This document shows, piece after piece, positions 50,248-61,756 of a stretch of DNA of 64,000 nucleotides (within the stretch, counting starts at the first letter, position 1; the number at the start of each line of letters is the position of its first letter). Source of the DNA: Lama guanicoe (Eukaryota); assembly GCA_013239625.1 (NCBI GenBank), contig MU053561.1, positions 684,826-748,825 of the forward strand. Reading direction: 5' to 3'. Under the pieces are notes generated by a model, which saw only the letters and a list, made by a program, of their open reading frames with translations, had not been told where the DNA came from and searched no databases. A program made the translations under genes and the position numbers.

Positions 50248-50638
50248 AATCAGCCATGTCTGCTTCAGTGTGAACATAATCCATCAGGCCCTCAAACCAA
50301 AGGCAAGATTTGGTGAAAGGGAGGGAGAGAACCATTATGCGAAGCTCACCATCAGAAATGGTGGTGGTGTTAGACTGTATGTCCTTAATTTCTTTACTTT
50401 CCTGAAGACCCCTCTTAGAGTCACATGACACAGTAGCTCTGCCTGCACACACCCAACCCAGTATTTGCCCACAGCCTTGCCCAGAGATGCGTCTGGAAAA
50501 GGCTTGAGCTTAACTTCATTATAAAGGGCTTGAAGGGACTCTTCCAACAGAGTTGCAAGAGCTAGGAAGAGAGGCTCTTATTCAGCAGATGGACCACAAA
50601 CATTGCTGCTGATTTGTTACTGAACATTTCAGCCTGCC

Positions 50639-50850
50639 CGAGGGCAGATCCAGGTTTTGTGCAGCAGGAAGCTTATACAATTTGGGAGGTCCTAGTCCAG
50701 AAAGAGAAAAAGAACACAAAACTCGCTTACCTCTGCAAATTTACAAAAACATGTGAAGAACACATTGCTAGGCTCTCCCAAGGCCTTGGAAGGGGTCTGT
50801 GCAGTTGAGCTGACGTTTGAGCTTTGTTTGCTTGACAATAACCGACCTCT
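50639..50850 (-). mobile_element. MER69A-like hAT-Tip100 element
   Basis: agggcagatccaggttttgtg...gaagcttatacaatttggg...acacattgctagg...ccttggaagggg. Confidence 0.7.
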
Positions 50851-51869
50851 GCTCCTAGGCTTGCATATATTTGTGTGTTTGCTGAGGGTGGGGTTGGGTG
50901 GTGGTGGTGCCAGGATTGCTGACGATATATTATTTTCTCTCCCAGATGTAAAAATCTGCGTGTTTCCAAGCTGCATCTCATTTTATAGCTTCCTGACCAA
51001 ATTTTCCAGTCTCTTTGGGTCCGTACCTATTTCTTCTTCTGGCCGGGCTTTAGAACAGCTCCTCGAGAGATGTTCAGGGGCATTTAAACAATGGGCTTGG
51101 CCCAAGAGCATGGAATTTCCTGAAAGACAGCATGAGTCTCTGGTGGGTTGTTGGGACAGACTGATCAACAATGTTTAACACTTGGAGATGGAGCTGTACC
51201 AGTCCATGCCAAGAGGCTTTAGGCGGCACCTCATATGGAAACCATCAGTTCCAGTCCCACTCATTAGCTAATTTGAAGGCGGCCAAGCCTGGGGACCAGA
51301 GCTGCCATGGCCAAGAACAAAAGTATCACATGCCCCAAACCAGCCAAGAGCACTGATAGGAGTTTTGCACCCCAAAAGACTCTCCATTCTCCCATCCAGT
51401 TACCAAAAAACACCATAATATAAATAGCAGGATTAGTTAATCTCACACACATTACAAAGCGGTCAAGATGGAACTTATCACAAATATGTTTACGTTACTT
51501 CAGGTTTACAATCCTTCAAAGGCCTCCATTCTGATAATTTTCAAACTCTAAATACTACTGTCATCCTCTCATCATAGTCCTCCTCACACACCAAGGTCAG
51601 GTTCACTAAAGCCATGTTGGTTCCTTAGATGTGCCCTGCACTCTTTCTCACCATCTCACATGCCTTTGCCTCTCTCCAGAGCACTCACGTCTTCCTTTCA
51701 ATGAGTTAACTCTTACTCATCCTAAACTCTCAACTTGGGGACATAGTCCACACTGCCATAGTACCCTGCATGCTCACCGTATTTTACTCTTGCCTCCCAC
51801 TTAGTGCCTATCTTCTCCAGTAAACTAGGAGCTTTATGTTTCAGCTACGTACTCCAGTACAACAACCCA

Positions 51870-52330
51870 GCCAAGACGTAGTGGCTTAAAACAGCAGTGA
51901 TTTTATTAACGCCCATCATTCTGCAGGATGGCTGGTCTCAGCTGGGTGATTCTTCTGCTCTAACTGGTGTCTCAGTCACCTGGGGCCAGGACGAGGAGGG
52001 AATGTTTACAGGCGCTTACCCACAGAGCAACAGTTGGTGCTGGCTGTCAGCTGGGAGGTCAGCTGGGGCTGTTGACTAGAGTGCCTACGTGCGACCTCTC
52101 CATGGACTTGGACTTCTCACAGCACAGTTGCTGGAGTCTAAGAGGAGGAAGAAACGGCATGTCTTCTCAAAGCTCAAGTTCAAAAGCCTTAGGATATTGT
52201 TTCTGCTGCAGTATGTTGGTTTAAGCAGACATAAATTCAAGGGGAGGAGAAATAAACACTCATCAATAAAGGAGTGGGGTGCACATATAGAAAGTGGGAA
52301 TGACTGTGGTAGCCATCTTTGGAAATTCTC
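51870..52330 (-). mobile_element. MaLR (MLT1-type) LTR
   Basis: agtggcttaaaacag...cagctgggtgattcttctgct...gctggctgtcagctgggag...gccatctttggaaa. Confidence 0.75.
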
Positions 52331-54446
52331 TTGCATGCTCTGAGAGCAGTGACTAGGTCTGTCTTGTTCCCCAGCACTTGACCCAGACCCTAACCATTAA
52401 GAGTTGGTTGTTTGGTCAAAGCCTCTCTTTTTTTTGTTACAGCCTAGGCTTGGCCTTTGTGTTTGACGTATGCCCTACTCCCCAGACCATATGGGTTGAC
52501 TTTTCTTCTACGTGGTTTTCCAAAAGTAAAAGTCACAAGCTCAGTGATCTATTACTTAAGTAAGAGATTTATTACTCATAACCAAAAGGGTACTTCATGC
52601 AACAGGAACACCATATGCATTCACTGAAAGTAAGGTTCTAATTGTTGTTTAGCCAACTATTAGGGCCTCCAGAAACAAATCTCCCCCAACCACCACCTTC
52701 ATTTCTGTTCCTGTTGTATCTGACCACCAGAGTCCAGCCAAGAATAAGGAATCAGAAATTGAGGTTCTGTTGCCAAGTGACATACCCCTGGAACCTGACC
52801 ACCCCAGGTTTCTTTGGGCCAACTTCACAGTTTATTTAGAAGTTGGTTTGTGTGATTAGAAATGTTTCCTGGCCACTCTCTCATTGGTTAGAAGGATATG
52901 AGATGCCGTTGCTCTTCCAATCACTAGGAAGGAGGAGGGAGTGGTGAAGCTGATTATTGGTGGACTCTAGGCAGTACATTAAGTATGGGGTTAGCTGCCA
53001 CCATCACAAAACTAGCTGATCCCACCACTAGCACAGGAGGAACAGAGAACCAAGATCACATATATCATCCCAGGAACAGAGTGTCTGGGGGAACAAGACT
53101 TCACTCCTCCTCATACCTTCTGCAGCAACACCAAGTCAGCTTACACACACTTTACATGCCCCGCCTCACCCAACCTCAAGATACACAAATGAGGTGAACA
53201 TACTTCTCATTTCATGACACCCTCCTCAGGTCATGGCAGACTACAAAATTTCAGGCTCAAAGTTCTTTCCTTGCTTCCACATTTTGAAGATGTTAATTAC
53301 CCCATTGGCTTCTTGTTTTCAGTGTTGAGACATCTGGTAACAGTTAGATTCTTGTTCTTTCACACACAGTCTTCTTTTTTCCCTAGAAGCTGTTTTTGAT
53401 ACTCTTAATTTTCATTATAATGTGTTACATCACACATTATATCAATCCTATTCAGTGTTCAAGGCTGAGGATCAAGTCATTTACCAATTTCTGAAGGCCT
53501 GCTAATTAGTACAGAGGGCAGATGGGCATGAATATCCTATGTGTTCAAAACTGCAAATGCTAAACTTTCTGTAATGTATGGATACCTACATATGGTAAGC
53601 ATTTAAAATAGGCTTTACAGACTACTACAGGTACTCAATAAACATTTGTGAATGAGCAAATGAATGAATGACGCAGTAGCATATTGCCTAGCACTTAGTA
53701 AATTCAACATAGCTATTATTATTAACAGAAGTGCCAGATAAGGACAGAAAGACACTAAAGACTTGACCCCTACCTTGAAGAGCACTTAGTCTAGTTGAAA
53801 CAGGTAGAGAAACTTGCAGTACTTGTAACATTGTAATATATATTTGAAATTCTGGACTCTGACAGAAGAAGGAGTTACTCTCAGAGAAGTCCTCCAAGAG
53901 AAAACAAGAAGTAAGACAGGATAGGAAGGAAGCGGGGAAAGCAGATTCCAACCAAAGAGAAAAGCTTAGTCCAAGGCCCAAATGGGGTACTCCATCTTCA
54001 GTTTATTGTGACTACAGTGGAGATTATGGAGAGAGAGAGGAAAAAGAAGAAAAGGAGCGAGAGGTTATCTTCAGAAGGGAAACGAGGGCTGCCTTGGTTC
54101 CCTCCGTCCCCACACAGTGCTCTGAGGAGGTTTCATAGGTGAGGAGATTGGGCTGAGAATGGTTAAGAGAGCCGCCATGGTCACCTCGATGTGAGAGACA
54201 GACCAAGTGTTAGGCCTGACACCCACTGAATGGGGTTAAGTACTACTCCCCTATTTTGCAGACAGATGAGTTTAGTCACTGGGCAGATGAATCCAGGGAT
54301 TGGCTAAACCGTCAGTCTGGTCTAGGAAGTGAGCCAATCTAACTCATGAAAGTCTTGGTTTTTCCACTGAAGGTGCTTTTCGTAGCAAAGTCTGAATGCC
54401 TCCTAAAGTCCTGGTGTGCTAAGAAGCCACTCCTTTGGGGCGTAAG

Positions 54447-54925
54447 CGTTGCTGAAAAACCGGCCTCTGTACCCTGAGAGCCGAATTGAGAGTCGGAGGC
54501 AGAGTTTTGGGTGAATTAGAAAAGAACAGCTTTACTGCTTTGCCGGGCAAAGGGAGTCACAACACGCTAATGCCTTAAAGACTGTGAGCCCCTCATGGGG
54601 TAAGAGTTCTGGGGTTTCATAGAAAAATGGGAACAGGAGGGTGACAACAGTCAGGGTGTGGGCAGGGGCTACATTCCTTTCATCTTGGTAAGAATTTGCT
54701 GTTGTTATGGAGGAATTTTGGAGGGTCTGCCTATTCTTGAGGTTATCAGTCCATGACCTTCTTTCAAGACCTGAACAACTCGGTAGCCTTCTCGTTAGTT
54801 CTCTACTCTTTCCTAAGTGCAGCTTGTGGAGCTTAAACCACTTACCTGACAAACAGGAGAAAAAGTATAGCGAAGTATTTTCTCTGGAGGGAAGCTACCC
54901 AGAGTTTGTACTCCAGTTCTTCCAA
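54447..54925 (-). mobile_element. ERV1-class LTR (right boundary uncertain)
   Basis: gttgctgaaa...ccgaattgagagtcggaggcagagttttgggtgaa...gctttactgctttgccgggcaaaggg resembles antisense U5 of laurasiatherian ERV1 LTRs; no clear TSD. Confidence 0.6.
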
Positions 54926-56067
54926 GACCACTAGCAAATCTATGCTGTTACCCAGAGCTCACCTAACGTGGCCCCAGGAAAATTCAGGACTTGCCATCAG
55001 CTGAGGTGGCAGAAGTTGTTTTAGAGAAAAAGAGGCTTCACTTAGCTGAAAACAATTTGCTTCAAACCAAAACTTGCCCCTTTTCATACCTGCTTGAAGC
55101 TCCAAAATTTGACATGAGGAAGGCATATGAATGTAGACTAAGGATCGTTTTGGCAGAAAAGTGAGCTTGAAGAGGGGCTTCATAATGCAAAGCAGTTCAG
55201 AGCAAGAAAAAATATTTACACTCCAATTTCTTTACCTACCGGTGTAATTTCACAATGTGTCTTCAGGGAGCAGAGGAGGACTGATATTTCCAGCCAAGTG
55301 AGCCTGGTTTTAGGCAGGTTAACATGGCTTGGTCGCCCTGACCTCTAGGAAGCTTAATATCAGGTCTAATGAAAGGCCACACGCCTCTGGCATCAGAGCC
55401 CGTCAGACCACACATCAAAGAGGAGGAAGTAAAGGCTTTGATCCTCTCAGTCACTGCTCTGTCTGGAACAAAAGGAGGGGGGTGGGGGTGGGGCTCAGGG
55501 ACTTCATTTTTTCTTTCCACTATTAATGTTCTTCCAGTTACAGGGAACTGGGCAGGCAGGGCATAGGGAATGTTTGAGGGGTTCTCCGAGTGTGATTACC
55601 ATGGAGCAAGGTCTCAATCTATGTCCTCCAAATCCCTCCCCTTCTGGTACTATGACTCCCGAATTCTAGTATTAGTGAGTTTCATTTATATGGCTTGAGT
55701 CTTAACTGTCATTCGAATATAAACCTCTCCCGGGAAAGGCAATAATGTAAGCCATATTATCTGACCCAAAAGTGCCATTTTTACACATTTCAGATCTTGT
55801 CACTATACTAGTTACAGCTATTTGGCTTCTGGTGACCACAGGGTGAAGTCTGAATATCTAATTGTGGGGCACACATTACCTCCATGATCTGGCCCCTGTC
55901 TAGCTCCTGGTCAGTGTGTCTGCCTCTCCTTGCCTGACACATTCATCTCCAGCAGTCCCAAACTGCCCTATGGCATTTCACCTGCATCTGCGTGATGGCT
56001 GGCCCCCGCCTTAGGACAAGCCATTCATTCCACACCCCAGTGGATTCAACCAATCGGGGATGGTGTG

Positions 56068-56161
56068 TAGTTGATCCTTGAACAACTCAACTTTCAACTG
56101 GAGGGCAGAGTGCGGGGCTACCTGGAGCAGGTCCAATCCTGTGCCATTCAAAGGTCAACTG
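56068..56161. mobile_element. 94-bp Tigger2-type MITE
   Basis: TIRs tagttgatccttgaa (56068-56082) and ttcaaaggtcaactg (56147-56161), 12/15 complementary. Confidence 0.7.
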
Positions 56162-57765
56162 CATACATGAATGGGTTTTTAAAATTTGCATGATTGTGTA
56201 TCTGCTTTCTTTCTGTTCTGCAGATTTTCAGTGAAGGGAGCAAAGGGCAGCTGGAAGAGGCAAGTCATGATATCTGGGGGCACAATGGCTGGTGTTGGGC
56301 TCACTTGGGATGATGCCGACTCTGAGAGGGCAGGGATAGGACTGACAGCAGATGTTCTGCCATTGGGAGGGCACAGCAACAGGCCTGAGACACTTCATTG
56401 GGGTGGAAAGCAGAGAAAGAGGTGACTGGAGCCAGAAGAGGGGGTTAGGGCTGAGGAGACAGACCAAAGCTTAGGAAACCCTGGGAGGGGAGCAGGGAGA
56501 AGGGGCTGGAAGTTTGCTGCCCCGACTGCAGTAGTACCAAAGGCAGAGACACAGCTGCCTGTGAACTTTTTAGAATCCAAGATGCTGAGTGTGTCTCCCC
56601 TCAGTAATTAAGAAGAGTCTACATAAAATGGGAGCAAGTAATCTGCTACAAACTGATAAAACATATGAGGTAGAAGGTTAAATTCTGGTTGAAGGTGTGT
56701 GAGCTGGGGGATGAGTCTGGTTATGGGTGGACAGAGAATAACCAGTGTCCAGGTAGGCTAGTGCTCCCCTTCTCCCCTCAGGGTTTCCAGGTCCATTAAA
56801 GGAAGGAAACGCTTCTCCAGTGTGCCCCCATTCCCCATCAGTTTGTGATGGAGAAGGTGTTAGCAGCCAAAGTTTCTCTAGGACCTAGACATGGAGGATC
56901 TGCCAAAGGGGGATATAAGCGTGTGGCTGGATGGGAGTGGAAAAACTGAGACCAGGGACCCAGGGGTGGGGTGGGGTCTCCTCTGCTTCTTATCGTCTGG
57001 TAGCAAGCGCCATTTTCACCACTCTGCGCACCCTGGCAGCACCCATCGGCCTTACAAAACTGAGAATGGCAGCCATCCGTCACCCCGAATGAAACATTTG
57101 GGTGGGGTGGTGGTTGTGTGTCATGGGCAGAGAGCACTTTGTGAACAGGCGAACTTGGCTTTGCTTCTTTCACAGGCCTTGTGACTATGGATGTACCTAA
57201 GCAATCTGAACAGGGGCTCCCACCTGGACAATGGAAGTGAAAATAACGTCTCCCTCTTGGACGACTGTAAAAAGTACTTCAATGAAGGCGTACAGGGTGC
57301 ACAGAACAGAGCCTGGCACAAGTGTGTGCGTAAAATACTGTACAGGAGGGAGCCGGACCTTCCAAGGCATTGAGAAGCTTTGTGTGGAGACCTCAGATTT
57401 TGGCTTCTCTGTATCATCTATAGTAATCAAGACCAAAGGCATGTTTTCACCATAAAAAAATTACAGAGAAAGATTTCAAAAGTACCAAAAGCCTATCTCT
57501 GAAAAAATAAAGGCATCCCATATATCTGTCTTTCTCTGTGCTTCTCTTAGTTCAGCATTGCAGCATCCATCAAAAAGAGAGTCAGAACTATTATTTTATC
57601 CTACTGAAGCCTTAACAGGCTTCTGATATTTGTATATCCAAGTATCCCTCAGAGGTAATATTCTCCTTTCTCAGACAGGGATGTAGTAATAGATCATTTA
57701 AAATGCGTATGTGTTTGCCCTTTAAAGTCAGATCTCTAGGGAGAGGAATAATTTACCCACATAAA

Positions 57766-57787
57766 AGAGAGAGAGAGAGAGAGAGAG
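57766..57787. repeat. (AG)11 microsatellite
   Basis: Read directly. Confidence 0.9.
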
Positions 57788-59268
57788 GGATTTACTTAAA
57801 AAATAGGGCTCAAGGCACAATCCCAGATCCCAGGGCAGCAAGAAGAGGGAAGAGTTAACTGTGGCTGGGAAAGTTGGTAAGCAAATTCAATGTGCTGTAT
57901 TATCCAACAAATCACACTTTCCTGAAGAGTCACAGTTAGTTGCACATGAATGTGCAGTAAACCAAGTCTCAGAACAGACTGTCAGACAGGGAAATGGAGA
58001 GGGAATTTACCTGCTGGCCTCTCTCCCACCCTGACTGCAGTTGGTTAAAGTTCTCCCAGTGGAAGAAGTTCCTCAGCACTTCCGGGTTGTGTGATCTCGC
58101 CCTTTGGGTATTCCAAACCTTGTGGTGCAGTGTTCCATCCAAGCTTTGGGACTGTTGGGAGGAGCGAGAGACATTGGCCAGTGACAAGCTGCCAACTGTG
58201 AAAGCAGAGCCAGCAGGAAAGGGCCTGGGAGACAGGTGAGGCTAAGAGAACCTTGGGAGACTGATGCAGAAAGTTAATTGCTCAAGATGGAAATTGGTTT
58301 GTCCTAAGCAATCATTCATTAACACTGAATATATTTCTCTTGCTTTTGGAGATGTGGATGTTGAAGAAGCCTATTTATCATTGATAAATGAACAACCTTG
58401 ACAATATTCTTACCTACCATCTCCTTAATGTTTTATTTGGAGGAACATGTAGAAAGTTTTTGGAATCAAATCCTTAATTGGAACCCTGGCATGAAAACTA
58501 TCAATTTCTTTTTAAACTTTAAGGTTACAAGGATTATATATCTATTTTTAGTTTCATGTTTGTGTTGCTGTACTTCTGACTGGGAGAGCCTCTGTGTGGT
58601 TGGTGTTAGCAGCAGCAGCTTTGACAAAGAACTGCGTCCTGATCCTGTTTGGGTCAAGAGGTCACTTTGGCTTACCTTTGGACTGGAAGAGTGTTTCTTA
58701 ATTTGGGGAGATTTTAGGTACACTAGGAGTTCTGACAGCACACCTGAAGAGATTAAGAGCCTCCAAATCACTAATGATACCATTATCACCATATCAGTGC
58801 AGCAACATCTCACAACAGTGAGATGAAACAGTGGCCTGCTCGGGCTCTAAGTACACAATTGCCCTTTAGCTCAGGGTGGCTATTGATGGAAGCAATTACT
58901 GCCCTGGTATTAACTTTTACCTACTCCCAGCACTCTTATGTGTTCTGGTAAAGCTCAGTCTTAGGGCTTGGTCCCAGTGATCACTTCTTACCAGATCACA
59001 TGCCCTGCTCAGTTCAGCATTCTGTCAGATAGCACTGCCATAAAGTCAGTCACATATAGCAGATATTGAATCCACACCTTAGTGAACACTGGTAGCTCAT
59101 CTCTGAAGGGTGTGCCCTGTTGAGCTGTGACACACAGTTGGAAAACGCCAGACTAACTGGTGGACCAACTCCCTTCTAGACTTAACATATATTTTTATAG
59201 TCACAATAGCAGAGAGAGGGTATGACAAACCAAGTTCATGAAGAGCAACCCTAAAATCCAGGTCTCCT

Positions 59269-59403
59269 GTTGGGGGAGGGTGTAGCTCAGTGGTAGAGCT
59301 CATGCTTAGCATGCTCGAGGTCCTGAGTTCAATCCCAAGTACCTCCATTAAAATAAGTAAGTAAATAAATAAACCTAATCACCTCCCCTCAAAACAAGAA
59401 CAA
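59269..59403 (+). mobile_element. tRNA-Ala-derived SINE (camelid vic-1-like) with perfect 17-bp TSD
   Basis: gggggagggtgtagctcagtggtagagctcatgcttagcatgc...agttcaatccc; TSD taaaatccaggtctcct at 59252-59268 and 59404-59420. Confidence 0.9.
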
Positions 59404-59779
59404 TAAAATCCAGGTCTCCTAGGCAAGGTTTAACCTTGTGCAAACCCTGGCTCCTACTTAAGGAGAACGTGTTTCAATGAATAGTTGGGTTTCAGCTCCT
59501 ACGTGTCCTTATCTGAAAACCATATTACTCATTCTTGATATGCCTAAATTATCTTTTCAGGAAAAACGGAGGATGGCTAGTAGACTATTATTTAGTTTGG
59601 ATCCTGCTTCCCATACTCCCTCTGCCTCCAACTAGCCATGCAATTTTCAGCAAGTCATGCAAATTCCTTCCTCTTCAGGCCTTCAGCTACACTATGAGAC
59701 AGACATAGTAACTGCTCTTGCTTTCTCTCTGGGACATCCTGAAGCTATGATTCATCACTATTATGGTTTGGATTTGGCC

Positions 59780-60470
59780 CTCATCCTCTCACACTTAGTT
59801 AATTCTACTCTCCCTGCACCAAATGTGTTCCTGGTCCAACCTCCTCCACCTGCTACCACAGCATCTTTCTAATCATAGATTTAATCATACCTCTTACTGC
59901 AAAAGCTTTATGATAACACCCCTTCAACAGCTTCTAGCTGATCATGGGATAAAGATTAAACTGCTAGTTTGGCCTTCCAGGTCCCCTAATCTTGCCCCTG
60001 CTCAGCTTCATTTCTCATCACTCTTACCCCCACCTTGTCTTCCAGGTATCTCAGCATTATTTCAGTTTCTCTACCTCAGGACCTTGGTACGTGCTGTTCC
60101 CTGTTGGTAATGCTCTTCTTCACTTGACCCCACCCACTTCCTCTTTGCCTAGTCATTAACTTCTTTTCTTTTAGATATCAATTAAAATGGTCCTTTCTTC
60201 AGGGGAGCCTTGCCTTCCCTTACCATTCCTTCTCCAACCTGATCAGACCTCCTGTTATGTTACATTCCTGCATAGTTGCCTATACTTATTTCCTTTTACT
60301 CACTGCCACTTATATTTACACGATTTTATTGATTAATGTCTGGAATGCAAGTTGCTTAAGGGAAAGGACTATATCTGTTTTTCTCACTGTATTCTTCCCA
60401 GGGCTTAGTACAGTGCTAATTGCTCAGGAGATGTGTGTTGGTTGAATAAAGCAAAGATGGACTGATGACA
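59780..60470 (+). mobile_element. L2 LINE 3' region
   Basis: ctcaggaccttggtacgtgctgttccct...ggaatgcaagttgcttaagggaaaggact...gtacagtgc...ttgaataaa. Confidence 0.75.
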
Positions 60471-61569
60471 GACAGGTGATGATGAGGAATATATCACCTT
60501 TCCCAACCTGGCTTGGTCCACCTTTCCCAGCTCCATTTCCCACACTCTCTGCCTTTACCTTCCATGGTGCCTCCATGTCTTTTACATTCCAGTCACTTCT
60601 AACTACTCATTATTATAAGATGATGCTGTGTTTACTACCTCTACAGCTATCTCTACAGCTGTTTTATCTAAGATCAAACTCCTCTTCTATGTTAGAAAGA
60701 CGATTCTAGTGTGACAATGAAAAGATTATAGTCTGTTTCAGGAAATGAGTAATAAGGAAGAGGTTTTGGTTTGGAAAACTGAAGACACTGAAGAAGCATG
60801 TTAGTTCTTTTCAAATACTTGAAGGACTATCATGACCTTAGGCTCATTCACTGCACTCTTGAGACCAGAATCAGAAGAACTTTATGATAAATATATGGGG
60901 CAGAAAGGAAATGGGCTACCTCAGGCATTCATAAGCTTCTTATCTCTAGAGGTATATAAGCCAAGGTTCGAAGACCATTGAGATGGCTGGATTTGATGAC
61001 CTCCAAGGCTGCTCACATCTTGGTTCACATATTCTTTCTGTGGAGTAATGTTCCTATTAAACCAGTGTCTGAATGGGGACCTCTGTGAACCCTACGAGTG
61101 GTAATGGAGAACAATCAGTAACTTAAATACTTAAGCCTTTTACTTTAAATTTTGACAAAGGGCTTAGGTGGAATGGAGAAATGATCTCAGTTCAGTTCAG
61201 GTGATCTCTCTGCAAGTAGAAACCCATATAGATATATTATCTCCCATAATGCCTCCTCACTCTTTTTTTTTTTTTTTAATCTCCTGGGAAACTAAGGAAC
61301 TCAGTTCTCAAGCAAGGCGTGCACAGACTACCAGAGATCTCAGCACTCCTCCTTCTGCTGAGATCTCGGCTCCATCTAGTGGTGTGACCTGATGTTTTAT
61401 ACACAGTGGGTGCAGGGTCAGGGCTTGAAGGAGTGACGGTGGGGAGGCACCTGTCCCTTGAACAGGTTTCCTTGCTCTTTTGACTTGATGTCTCTCCTCA
61501 GTCTTGCTCTGTTGACTGGGAGCTAGTTGACTTGAGGTAGTGATGGTACCGTTCCACTCTGCACCTTTA

Positions 61570-61756
61570 AGAGATCTGCCTATACCAATTGTCATTAAAT
61601 AATTATGCTATTTATTTGATTGCTTGTCTTTTTACTAGAGTGTAAGTTCCCTGAAGGCAGGGACCATGTCTGCTTTGTTTATGACTCTATTCCAACATCT
61701 AGCTCACTGCTTGCACAAAGCACACACTCAATAAATAATTGCTAGAAGAATAAAAA
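61570..61756 (+). mobile_element. L2 3' end
   Basis: actagagtgtaagttccctgaaggcagggaccatgtctg...cactcaataaataattg. Confidence 0.85.
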
